A stretch of DNA of 64,000 bases from Chlorokybus atmophyticus (lineage: Eukaryota; Plantae; Mesostigma and Chlorokybus algae), in NCBI GenBank assembly GCA_009103225.1, contig RHPI01001168.1, positions 373,337-437,336 on the forward strand, read 5' to 3'. The translations under genes were made by a program, and so were the position numbers. Position 1 is the stretch's first letter. Each line of letters begins with the position of its first letter. Shown here in pieces: positions 13,079-24,025 of the stretch. Below the pieces are notes generated by a model. It was not told the DNA's origin, made no database searches, and saw only the letters and a list, made by a program, of their open reading frames with translations.

Positions 13079-13812
13079 GTTCATCAAGAAGGAGTCGACA
13101 TAGCGCAAGTCTATGATGAGGCGCAAATTGCGTCTATTATCTATTACATTGAGCGGGCTCACCACGAGGAGGGGGGGGGGGGGGGGGGGGGNGCAGCCCC
13201 GCTATGCACCAAGTTTGCAATGCCCGCTGCAGTGAAGTCCGCAAACTCATGCACACCCTCATGATTGGTGAATGCCCGTTTGGGGGGTGGGTCAGCCGCC
13301 CATGGTAGCTTGTACCCGTACTCCACACAGGACAGGACCATAGTATATTGCAAAGTTGCTACCATGCTGGCAAGGCCTCCCGTAAGCGGTGCCGCATGAA
13401 CGGACCTTCCACAACCAAGTTGCTAGTGCGCATGCAAACTCGTAATGTTTCATCCAGTCCTCCACTAACTCCGACTCAATTAAAGTGTAGTCAAGTGCCA
13501 CAGTACACGCCGCCTCCGCTTCTGCCCCCCGCATGTGCAACAAATGAGTGTATGCACTCCCATCTTGTAACGCTCATAACTTTTGCATACGATGTCTGAT
13601 CAAAACGTTTTAGGTGTTAAAAGAAAGCATTTCTCATCAGCTATGTAGTCAAATCAAAACTTAAATCTAGTTTGGGCCATTTAGGACCATAAACGCAAGT
13701 TATAAGCCAAATAATTTGCAACCATGGCAAACAATGTTCAAACTCCACATTGGTTAGCTCTACTTGAGCGTCGCTGCGTCATATTAAACTCAAAGTTGCA
13801 TCCAATCGAGGG

Positions 13813-14192
13813 TGTTGAGAACTAGTGACGCGCCTAGTGTGTGTGTGTTTGCCTCTTACATACAAGTGTGCACACACTAAGGACAAGTGCAGCAAGCACG
13901 CCAACAATAGAGACAATGTGCGACCCACTATATTAAGCAGTATACATTGTCTTATATACTATGCTACTAAGCACTAGGCAACTCTAGTCAACTTCGGTCA
14001 AAGTCAACACTAGTCAACACTAGTCAATGGTTAAAGTCAACGGTTAAAGTCAAAGTTGACCATGGTTGACCATAACTGCCGTAACTCCCGTAACTCTCGT
14101 AACTCTCGTAACGATAAAGGTTAAGCTGATTGTACCAACTACATGTAGGCGCCGCCTATATATGTACTTTCTACAACTTATAACATTTGACA
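13813..14192 (-). mobile_element. Solo LTR, family B
   Basis: TG...CA termini, perfect TSD GAGGG (13808-13812 / 14193-14197); reverse complement of 802-1171. Confidence 0.95.
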
Positions 14193-14273
14193 GAGGGTTA
14201 TTTAAGCTCTGAAAACAAAGCTACAGGCAATACATGCGCACAAGTGTACAGCTACTAAGCTGTCACGATACAG

Positions 14274-15640
14274 CTACGGGGCTACTATGAGAGCTAGTGG
14301 CCCCCACGCTCTGCAGGCTCTCGGCAATAGGCATGCAGGTGTGGACATCCCGCTAGCCCCCAGTTGAAGCTGCCTGAGATTGCACAGGAGCGGTCCTGTA
14401 GCTGGTCTGCCCCGCGCCAGATGCATAAAACCTAGAGTAGCGGGGGGGGTACTAGCCCCGCCCCTTGGAATGGTTGGCAGGCTTGGGCTTGGGCTTGGGC
14501 TTGGGCTTGGGCTGCGCAGCAGCCACATACTTCAATGCCTTCCTCAGGCGCTTTGCTTGATCATCATCCACGGCGAGGGGGTTACGCACCAGCTCGTCCA
14601 CGGCCTTCCCATCATGCTTATTGGCCACTTCCACATAGTGGAATTGCTTACACACCTCATCATATGCTGCGCGCAGAGCACACATGAGCAACACGCGTTG
14701 CATGTTCATACGGGCTTAAAGCCATCTGATTTCGCACCAAATGCACCTCCAATATATTCTTGCTCCCGTACCTAACACGTGCATATGCACATGCAAATGC
14801 AGATGTTGTGCCCTGTTGTGCTCGTTCCCTTGCCGTGGGGTTAGTCATAATGTGAATACAGAGGTGAACATATAATGGTGTTAAGTGCGGGCCCCTCCCC
14901 CTCCCCCTCCAGACATAGGGGGAGGAGGGATGCGGAACACATGTAGCTAATGGACTGAGTGTGTAGCTATGTGGGCTGATGCTTTTACAAGTCCCATGAT
15001 GCACACATGTGCAAGCGTGCGTGGGCAAAGTCCGGAGGCTCATGTGTCTACATGTGCGTGCATATGGCGGTGCTCAACAAAGAATGAGCCCACCTTTCAT
15101 GTTCTCTTTTGGGCCTTTGGCGAAATGAGGGTCCTCGGCAAGGTGCGTGGGCACTCGGTCAAAGGAGGATGTTGCCGAGCCGAGATGAGCCGCCACCTCG
15201 AGGTGTTGTCGAGCCCGCTTCTTCAAGTTTTCCTTCTCGGGGGTAATGGGCTCACCGCAGCGGGTGGCCATGGCTCCCACTCGATTGGGGTTAGAGGAGT
15301 CGCCGTCGCGATGAAGGATGCTCATAAGTAGGGGGTGGGTGGGCTCGTCGGCGACGGGCTCATGAGGAATGGCCGGCGCCTTCCCGCGCTTTAGGCGAAT
15401 GTTCTCCGCCTCCAACACCTCCAACCTCCTTGCCATGTCCTCTACGGACATTATGAACGGGGTGGTAAAGCGACTCGGACTTGGAGCCCGCTTTGGCGCT
15501 TTGAGCGAAAGTCCTCATCAAACTCCTCAATGGACTCCTCATCCTCGCCGCCACCACCACCACCCTCCTTACTCACCTCCTCTTCTCTCCCACCGCCGGC
15601 GGGGCGCACCTCTCCTTTCCTTCCCTCATCCACCTCGCAA
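14274..15640 (-). pseudogene. gag-like gene of YR retrotransposon copy 2 (5' end continues at ~17890-18030)
   Basis: MSVEDMARRLEVLEAEN...ENMK, then AYDEVCKQFHYVEV...CNLRQLQLG, homologous to copy 1. Same predicted intron at 14667-15093. Confidence 0.75.
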
Positions 15641-15644
15641 CGTG

Positions 15645-17888
15645 TGTTGAAGGTTAAGTATATGAGGTTTGCTAGTATAGTATGCTTATGGTGCATGTTG
15701 AAGGTTAAGCATATGAGGTTTGCTAGTATAGTATGCTTATAATACAATCAGCTTGTTGATGTTACTTGGACCATGTGCGGCGGTTACGCAATGGGAGTAA
15801 CAGTCAACAAGAGTTACGAGAGATACAAGAGTTACGGTCAACATTGACTTTGACCGTTGACCATTGACTAGGGTTGACTAGGGTTGACTTTGACCATTGA
15901 CTAGTGTTCACTAGAGTTGACTTTGATTGGGGTTGACTAGTCTTTGCTAGTGTTGACTAGCTTAGTATATAAGTTACTATACGTGGCGCATACAAATGGA
16001 ACTGCAATAAAAACATACTTCTCTTTGTTGTGCACATGCTATTGCACTTATTGTTCCCCCCGTGTGAGCGCATGTGTGAGGTATGGCGCATACATGCACA
16101 TTAGTTCTTAACAGATTATGGGCCCACACATGCTTAGAGTGTAAGTGTGTTGTGGTCGTGTAGGAAGTTGTGGTTGCTTGAGGGGAGTAGGTTGTGGCTC
16201 TCGTGTGTAGCAAAAGGGCAACCAATGCCAAGGAAGCATGAACAACATGAAGATCACGATTGAGCCGCTGGACGTGGACAACTACAGCACCTGGAGCAAC
16301 AAGATGGAGCTGTTGCTGGTACACAAGGACATGTGAAAGTATGTGGACCACGCGGAGGTTGTGCCATCGAGAAGGGAGGCAACCGAGAGAAAGAAGGGAA
16401 GAAAGCTTGGGCATTGTTAGGTTTGCACGTTACTGAGCATAACTTGGTTATGGTGAGAGAGTGCAAAGGTGCAAAGGAGTTTGGGAAAAAGCTTGAGAGC
16501 CACTTCAAAGCTCGCAACATGGCGAGGAGGTTGCAGTTGAGGCAAGAGTCGAATGCATTGCGGAAGGAGAGTGGAGAGCCAGTCATCAAGTTTGTGGCGC
16601 GTGCAAAGGCGTTGTGGAAGGACTTGCTGGGTGTAGGGCACGAGTTGAAAGAGCAAGAAGTGGTGTGGGTTGTGCTTTTAGGGTTGCCAAAGGAGTACAG
16701 GGTGGTGGTGACCAGTATGGAGTCTGCAACGGAGGAGTTAGCTGTTGATGGCGTAATACCACGTCTTCTTTAAGAAGAGCAGCGCTTGCAGAAGGAAGGT
16801 TGGGAAGAAAGACCAGATGCAGCTATGGCTTTTATGGTAAAGAAAGGCACTCATGGTAGCGGCAAGGAGTGTTGGCGTTGCGGCTAGCGTGGTCACTTCA
16901 AGTATTAATGTCCCCAAATGAAGACGTCCACCTACGAGAGCACCAATAGCAAGAAGGTGAGAGAATTGCATTCTATGGCTATGATGTAGGTTGAAGAAGG
17001 AGGAAGAGATGGTGGCAATCTCCTTGTAAAGAAGCTGGGAGGATCTAGCTTGGTGCCGACTACGAGCAGTACTTGGTGGAGGAGGCGTCCGTCATATGTG
17101 GAAGCTGGGAGGATCTAGCTTGGTGCCGAGTGCGAGCAGTACTTGGTGGAGGATGCGTCCTTCATAAGTGGGAGCTGGTGTATTTTAGCTTAGAGTGTTG
17201 CAGTGCGTGAAGTACTTGCGGGGCGTGCCAAGAGCGCGTGGTTGCTGTCTACTCAACAGCATAATGTTTGAGCGTGATGCTTGAACATGGACATGAGGAG
17301 TAGCTGAGCGCAAGAAGCGTGGAGGTTACACTCTGCGAGCATGGTATAGTGCTCAAGGTATACTATATGCAAGCGAGCAGTTTGCAGGGTGACAAGCATT
17401 GGGAGCGAGCAGCTCGAGGTGCTAGCGTCATGTATTGGAGCGAGAAGTTCCAAATCAACTTGAAGGCAATGAAGGCGTTGGAGCTTGTGCATGCTGATAT
17501 GCAGATACGGACAACAAGCTGCCTGCGTGGGAGTGTTGAAGGTTAAGTATATGAGGTTTGCTAGTCTAGTATGCTTATAGTACATGTTGAAGGTTAAGCA
17601 TATACAGTCAACATGAGATATTAGAGTTACGAGAGTTGCGGTCCACTTTAACTTTGACCATTGACTAGGGTTGACTAGTGTTGACTAGAGTTGACTTGGA
17701 CTAGGGTTGACTAGTCTTGTCTAGTGTTAACTAGCTTACTATACAAGTCACTGTATGTGGCGCATATAAATGAAACTGCAATAGGAACATACTTCTCTTT
17801 GCTGTTGACATGCTATTGCACTTGTTGTTCCCCTAGTGTGAGTGCATGGTGTGAGGTAGGGCGCATACATGCACACTAGTTCTTAACA
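15645..17888 (+). mobile_element. Non-autonomous copia-derived LTR element, family C (gag plus tiny integrase relic)
   Basis: LTRs at 15645-16113 and 17534-17888, PBS GATTATGGGCCC, PPT GCGTGGGAG, TSD ACGTG/ACATG. Degraded gag at ~16240-16980 and a KALELVHAD relic at ~17460-17500. Confidence 0.88.
17031..17230 (+). repeat. 70-bp tandem repeat, two clear copies plus one degenerate
   Basis: GAAGCTGGGAGGATCTAGCTTGGTGCCGA... at 17031 and 17101; degenerate unit at 17171. Confidence 0.8.
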
Positions 17889-18289
17889 ACATGGACTCTT
17901 AGCCCGCGACAAGCGACTGGCGGCTAGCAACGCCGCCGCGGCCGTGGCCGCCACCTTCTCTCCATCATCGTGGGCACTCGCTTGTGACCATGTGACCATG
18001 CATGGTCACATGATCACAAGCCACCATAGGGTGGAGGGCCGCCTCCGTCCACACCTCCTCACCACACTCGCCACCCACGCCAAAAATGGCGCTGCTGTGC
18101 TACGATTTCAAGCGACTAGATAAGGAGCTTGTGACTCACAACTCACGCCTTGTAAGTGCTTGTGCCCCCCCAAGTGCATAGGGCACTAGGGGCACAAGAG
18201 TCTCATACCTCATCAACGAGTTCTTGAGTTCATGGGCGCACATTTCATGCGTTTTATGACTGATATATTGTAATCAAATGCAGCTTGCC

Positions 18290-20591
18290 TGTTAAATGTT
18301 GTAGCTTGTTGGAAGTACATGTATAGGCGGCGCCTACATGTAGTTGGTACGATCAGCTTAACCTTTATAGTTATGGGAGTTACGAGAGTTACGGAAGTTA
18401 CGGCAATTACGGCAGTTATGGTCAACCATGGTCAACTTTGACTTTGACCATTGACTTTGACCATTGACTAGTGTTGACTTTGACTAGAGTTGACTAGAGT
18501 TGACTAGTGCTTAGTAGCATAGTATATAAGACACTGTATACTGCTTAATACAGTGGGTCGCACATTGTCTCTGTAATCGGCGTGCTTGCTGCACTTGTCC
18601 TTAGTGTGTGCACACTTGTATGTAGGCGGCAAATACACACACACTAGGCGCATCACTAGTTCTCAACAGGTTATGGGCCCACACTCGCTTGTGTGATTGC
18701 CTGTGCTAGTGAGAGAAAGTGTTGAGCATAGGCGCCTACTAGTAGAGTGTTCTTGGGGAGAGGGTGAGTTGTACTATTGTGTAGCAAGCAATGGCTGACA
18801 CAGATGAGATGCCCATCGAGTCCCTTGATCTGCACAACTACGCTTCATGGTTGTTGAAGATGAAGTTGGTGCTGATCCGCAAGAAACTCTGGAGTTTTGT
18901 CGATCCCACCTCCTCCACATTATTGCGGCCAAGAACAGGTGACACTGGTACTTGGACAGAGAACTCACAATCAGCTTTTGCGCTGATAGGCTTGCACGTC
19001 AAAGACTTCCATCTCCCTCTTATTGCGAATTGCACGACTGGACGTGAGGCGTGGGAGGTCTTCGACACCCTCTTCAAGGCCAACAGCAACTTGCGCAAGT
19101 TGCAGCTGAGACGCAAGCTGACACTTCTAAAGATGGAGCACAAAGAGCCAATCCAAAAGTACATCTCGCGTGCAAGGGAGCTTTGGCAAGACCTTGCAGC
19201 AGTGGGCCACGATGTGAAGGAAGAGGAGGTGATGTGGGCAGTCTTAGCTGGCTTAGGAAAGAGCTTTGCTACGCTAGTGATTGTGTTGGAGTCCTCAGAT
19301 GTGGTTTTGAAGTTTGCTGATGTAGTGCCTAAGCTGCTAGCTGTGGAAGGCAAGTTGGATGTTCAGGATAGAGAATGGTGGAGATCATATTGCACTTTCT
19401 GCCTCATCATCTAGAAAACACGAAGCAGGAGCAAAGCAGGTGGTGGGAAGCCATCACGTGACAAAGAGTGTCACTACTGCAAGATGAAGGGCCACTTCAT
19501 TCGCGAGTGCCAGAAGAGGATCCATGATGAGGCAACAAAGGAGGAGCACGCCACGATGGCAAGTGCTTCCTAGCATTGGTGAGGACCTCAAGGAGTTGCA
19601 GTGGATGGTGTTCGTCCGTCCTCTCCCATTGCAAGGGCGCGTGAAGGACATGCGCAGACGGAGGTCGCAGACACAAAGGTCTGTGAGAGTTACTGCTAGC
19701 CCATGAGTAGTTGCTGGTGTTGAGCTGCATAAAATAGAGGTTGCATTGCTGTGGAGTTTCTTTTTTGGTAGCACACAGGTGTGCGGTACAATATAGAACA
19801 CTTCAATTGATTGGCATGCAAGGACTGAGTTGTATAGCTAGCTAACAGGAGATGGGAGGGGTGCTTTCCTTGGTAGAAGGGTCTGATCAACCCTTGCACG
19901 GCCTACACTCTGGTACAGCATTGTTAAGGTAGAGAACTCAGTGTAGTTTATAGCATAGTTTGCCATTTAGGGAATCTTCGAAACCACCTGAGCAAGGTCA
20001 GGCGTGGCGTGGTGGAACCTGATGCGACAACTATGAGGAGGAAACAAGGAGTATTGGAACCTTGTAGTCTTGCTGGCAGCACGTGGAGAAGGATGGTGTC
20101 ATAATGATAAGCATCAAGTCCGTGGGAGCAACACATCAGTGGGAGTGTTCGATGGAGTAAGCTAATGTGGATAAGCTTGCGAGAAGAACTTATAGTTCAA
20201 GGTCAAGTTGCTCGCGTGGGAGGGTTAAATGTTGTAGCTTGTTGGAAGTACATGTATATAGGCGGCGCCTACATGTAGTTGGTACGATCAGCTTAACCTT
20301 TATATTTATAGTTACGGGAGTTACGAGAGTTACGGCAGTTATGGTCAACCATGGTCAACTCTGACTTTGACCATTGACTTTGACCATTGACTAGCGTTGA
20401 CTTTGACTAGAGTTGACTAGAGTTGACTAGTGCTTAATAGCATAGTATATAAGACACTGTATACTGCTTAATACAGTGGGTCGTACATTGTCTCTGTAGT
20501 TGGCGTGCTTGCTGCACTTGTCCTTAGTGTGTGCACACTTGTATGTAGGCGGCAAATACACACACACTAGGCGCATCACTAGTTCTCAACA
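18290..20591 (+). mobile_element. gag-only (TR-GAG-like) LTR element, family B
   Basis: LTRs at 18290-18668 and 20223-20591, PBS GGTTATGGGCCC (18669-18680), PPT GCGTGGGAG. The flanks share only TGCC (4 bp). No pol sequence recognisable. Confidence 0.9.
18791..19573 (+). pseudogene. Copia-type Gag (UBN2-like region plus CCHC knuckle) of family B
   Basis: NYASWLLKMKLVL..KKLW, LKMEHKEPIQKYISR and CHYCKMKGHFIREC. One frameshift near 19365; stop TAG at 19571-19573. Confidence 0.85.
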
Positions 20592-22100
20592 TGCCGGCAA
20601 GTAGTGCATCAAGGATGTTGTCAGTGGAGCATTTGAGTTTGTCGTGTTGCAAGAGATTGCCACACTCCCACGCACTATGTTGAGCAACCAAACACGACAT
20701 TGCGATTTTTGTTTCGTCGTTAAGTCAAATTTGTTAAAGGACGCAAAATTGAGAAAAGAGGCTTTTTGCATACCAAGAATATGACAACAGCGAGCGGACC
20801 TGCATAGCGGTGTTACGAATGCACACCAGACAGCCAAAGCCTTAAAAGTGCAGCACTCCATGCATGTCGAGGAGGTAATGGTCAAATTATCGGCATGGTT
20901 CGTGAAGATGGATGGCATTTCGTGTAACTAGGCAGTATGGTTTGGCAACGGAATGCACTGTGGGGCTGGCGACGATTGCGGGTGCCGGGAGCTGACCGCT
21001 ACTCTTGCCTTGCTCCTGTCACAATGCATGTGCTGAGAGGCATCATTAACCACCTGCTTGATGCTGTGTATGACGATGCGAAGGAACGCATGCGTCGACC
21101 CATGAGGCGAATTTTACGGGCTTGGCACGTCTTGGTGTTGCTCTTGTGTTTAACACAAAAGCCAACGACGTGCTTATAAGCAGATGTGCACAGGTTGAAT
21201 AAATGCAAGGCGACTCTATTGGTTTCGCATTTCAAGGCACCCACAAGCACAGTTCCTTCCTGTCCGACTACTTCTTTCTTGTGGTGGAGAAAGTGGCGGT
21301 GCTATAGCTGCTGCCGGTGCATGCAGATGATTTGTTGCTCGATAATGAGGGCACCGATTTTTTCACCATTGCTGCAGCATCGCTTGCCCATTACAACAAG
21401 AAGTTGCTCAAGGTACACGAACACATAAGAGAGACTTTGACCACAGCTGACTACAAGCTGGCTGCCTTGAAATCTGCAGAGTTGCATCCGTTGTCGTCAT
21501 AATTAGCACAGCAGTCAGGTTGGAACATTGAAAATATGCATCAGCTCACTCGTTTTGGTTTGGCAATTATCAGCAGTGGACACCCAAGTTGGGTCAGCGC
21601 CAACCGCATGGAGTAGACGCACGCCCAACATGTTAAACAGTGGGCGCGTGGTGGCACCGGCCAGGACTACTAGGCGCGCATCCTGAAGGCATGGAGCTGT
21701 GCGGAATATGTTAGAGATAATGAAATGGTCGTGGATCCTGACATGCGCTCGGTCAGCGCAGACTTGGCAGCAGTGCTATGATGTATAAAAAAGACGGACG
21801 AATGTGCGGACAATGAGGGAGTCCAGCTAGTTCTAGAGCAATTTTTGCGCGCAGCCGCCAAGTCGCCCTGAAGATTCCATTTGCCGACAACCCTATCTGA
21901 CGAAGGCACAATTAGAGTCGACCGTAGGATGGCGTGCTGTTCGCGTTGTAATCGGAGGCGCAACGGTGTACATGACAATAGAAATTGGCATGGCGCGCGC
22001 AACTGGAATGACCCATGGGCAGCCTTGGTTCTCTACACTTGAGTTGGATGGTGATGAGGTTGGTAAATGTGATGTGGTGGGCTCAGACACTCCTTTTGCG
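20592..22100 (+). pseudogene. Plavaka-like transposase, 3' part
   Basis: Manual translation gives EIATL...HCDFCFVVKSNL, NALWGW...DRYSCLAPVTMHVLRGIINHLL (cf. PD.LH..GI.KHL) and ME*THAQHVKQW (cf. TE..E..H...VK). Confidence 0.62.
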
Positions 22101-22438
22101 CATGGCGGTGTAAGGTGGTAACGGCGAGCACGTGTGGAAAGAGGTCGTGTTTATCCGCTAGTACATAAAGCTGGATGTGATGAGACACAAAGCGCATCGC
22201 TCTGGATTGAGAAAAGCGTCGAGGGGGTCCACAATTCGATGTCGTGACTCTAGAGCAAGTAAAGTCATAGTCTAGCTGCTTATCATATCATACAAAGACA
22301 GCGCCCGTGCACAAGAAGGCCAGCATTGAGTGAATGTGGTCAATGCATTGCCATGTGACACATGTACTCGTCTCTTTACTCTCAGTTTGAAGCATATCAG
22401 CCAGTTACATGACTTCATGGGCGCGCATTTCATGCGCT

Positions 22439-22934
22439 GCATGAGTTCATGAAGCGCATGAAATGCGCGCCCATGAACTCAAGAACTCGTTGATGAGTAA
22501 TGAGACTCTTGTGCCCCTAGTGCCTTTGGCACTTGGGGGCACAAGCACTCACTAGGCGTGAGTTGTGAGTCTCAAACTCCTTATCTAGTCGCTTGGAACC
22601 CTAGCACGGTGGCGCCATTCTTGGCGTGGGTGGCGAGTGTAGTTTACTTCGCAGGTGTACGCTTCTTAGGCTTTGACCTTTGCATCAGCGGCAATGGAGC
22701 CGTCACCATGTCGAAGGCTGATGAAGCGCGTGACTTTCGTACCTGACGTGAAGAAAGAGTTCCCATAGTTGTACCCTAGCACCCTACTGCAAACTTGTGT
22801 GTACATCAGTCTGTGTCTACACACATTTGTACATGCTTGTACTGCACTTGGGTGCTGGGCATAGCCACTGTGCTATTGACCCATAGCGACCCCCTAGCAT
22901 GAACTGTTTGTCGCATATAACTCGTGTGTGAGTT
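22439..22934 (+). mobile_element. Free A-spacer-B unit (~500 bp) of the YR retrotransposon family
   Basis: Collinear with 39498-39998 and with the reverse complement of 30349-30851; no ORF. Confidence 0.9.
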
Positions 22935-23143
22935 AGGCATTGCTAAATGTATGCTAAAGCTTTTGCATGTGCATGTATATAATACCGGGCAACTATTGCT
23001 GCACATCTGTTACCACAACCACATGTTGAATGCAACACTGAATGTGCAGTCAACTGTGTGGCAATAAGCCTCAATACAGTGCACCACACTTAAGCCTTAT
23101 AGTTCTATGACACAAGAGGGTAATCACAGCGCACATTCATTGT

Positions 23144-23824
23144 TTAAAGCACAAGCCGCCCTATGCACTCCACTATTACAAGAGGAACTGCATTTTCTAT
23201 GGCAACGGCCGAGGTCATTAATGGCACTTCCAGCGCTGTTTGCCAAGCAACAATGCCGCTCCTGATGCTTGGGAGGCCATAGACCAGATATATTTGCTGT
23301 GGCGCATTTAATGTCACAACTGTCATTCTTTGCACTAGCGGACATGTGCAATAACAGCAGTGCAACTGCCTTGCTCGCGTGCTGGTGGGGTAGCTTCCAC
23401 TGGCTGTGTCTTACACATGTAGTGTTGAAAGGTTGATAGGCCAAACTGCTATAAAGGGACAAATTGGGTCTGAATGAGAAACCTGCTTCTGGCACATTCT
23501 CAATCGCAAACGTGACCTGGCTTGCAAGCAGCAAATGTCGGACAAGCGGTAGCTTATTGTGGTGTCTCCAGAATGTGTCATGTGCCGCCCGTTGAGGTGC
23601 CGTAGAGCCACCTGAATAGGTCTGGCTTTGTGGATTGGCCAATATGAGTTCGTACTTGCTCAATTTTCCTGCACTCAGGGTGCATACATTGCGGCATATG
23701 ATGGGCAGCGGTTCTCAGAGGAGAGACTTATGTCCATCCCGATCATGTTAAAGCCTGCATGACATTTATCGACACTAGCACCACCTCCGCCGCAAGATAG
23801 GTTGAGTGCCCATGGTTTGCGCAT
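23144..23824 (-). pseudogene. Phage/bacterial-type C5-cytosine DNA methyltransferase, frameshifted
   Basis: Motifs in order by manual translation: I KPWALNLSCGGGGAS; II AGFNMIGMDI; III-IV NVCTL...YELILANPQSQTYS; VI VRHLLLASQVTFAIENVPEA; VIII-like CVRHSQW; IX-X AWQTALEVPLMT...IENAVPLVIVECIGRLV. About two frameshifts; the catalytic PC now reads QS. Confidence 0.75.
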
Positions 23825-24025
23825 GCGTCCAAGCTTGTTGTCAAATGGCGTGTATGTGGTTAAGGTTGGCCGTGGTGCTGGCCAGGGACCAACAATGATG
23901 CCGTCCGTACTTACTTTGCGCTGACATTCTCCCCTCTTGCGCGCAAAACATGGCGTGCCCCATCAACTGGTGTATATGCGAACACGTTGTGCCCTTTAAA
24001 GCTAATAGTTTGTATCTGATTATCG

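Larger units (their letters stand above)
6332..18266 (-). mobile_element. YR retrotransposon copy 2 (A-gag-RT-RH-MT-YR-B), interrupted by three LTR-element insertions
   Basis: Degraded repeat A at ~18065-18266 and repeat B at 6332-6391. All coding domains are present in order once 8991-13078, 13813-14192 and 15645-17888 are removed (core ~5.2 kb). Confidence 0.9.

Noticed and set aside
13171-13192. Poly-G (poly-Pro ORF) inside the YR RT gene
   Set aside because: It replaces an ordinary ~20-bp segment present in copy 1 (~3810-3830) and contains an N; most likely a sequencing or gap-fill artefact.
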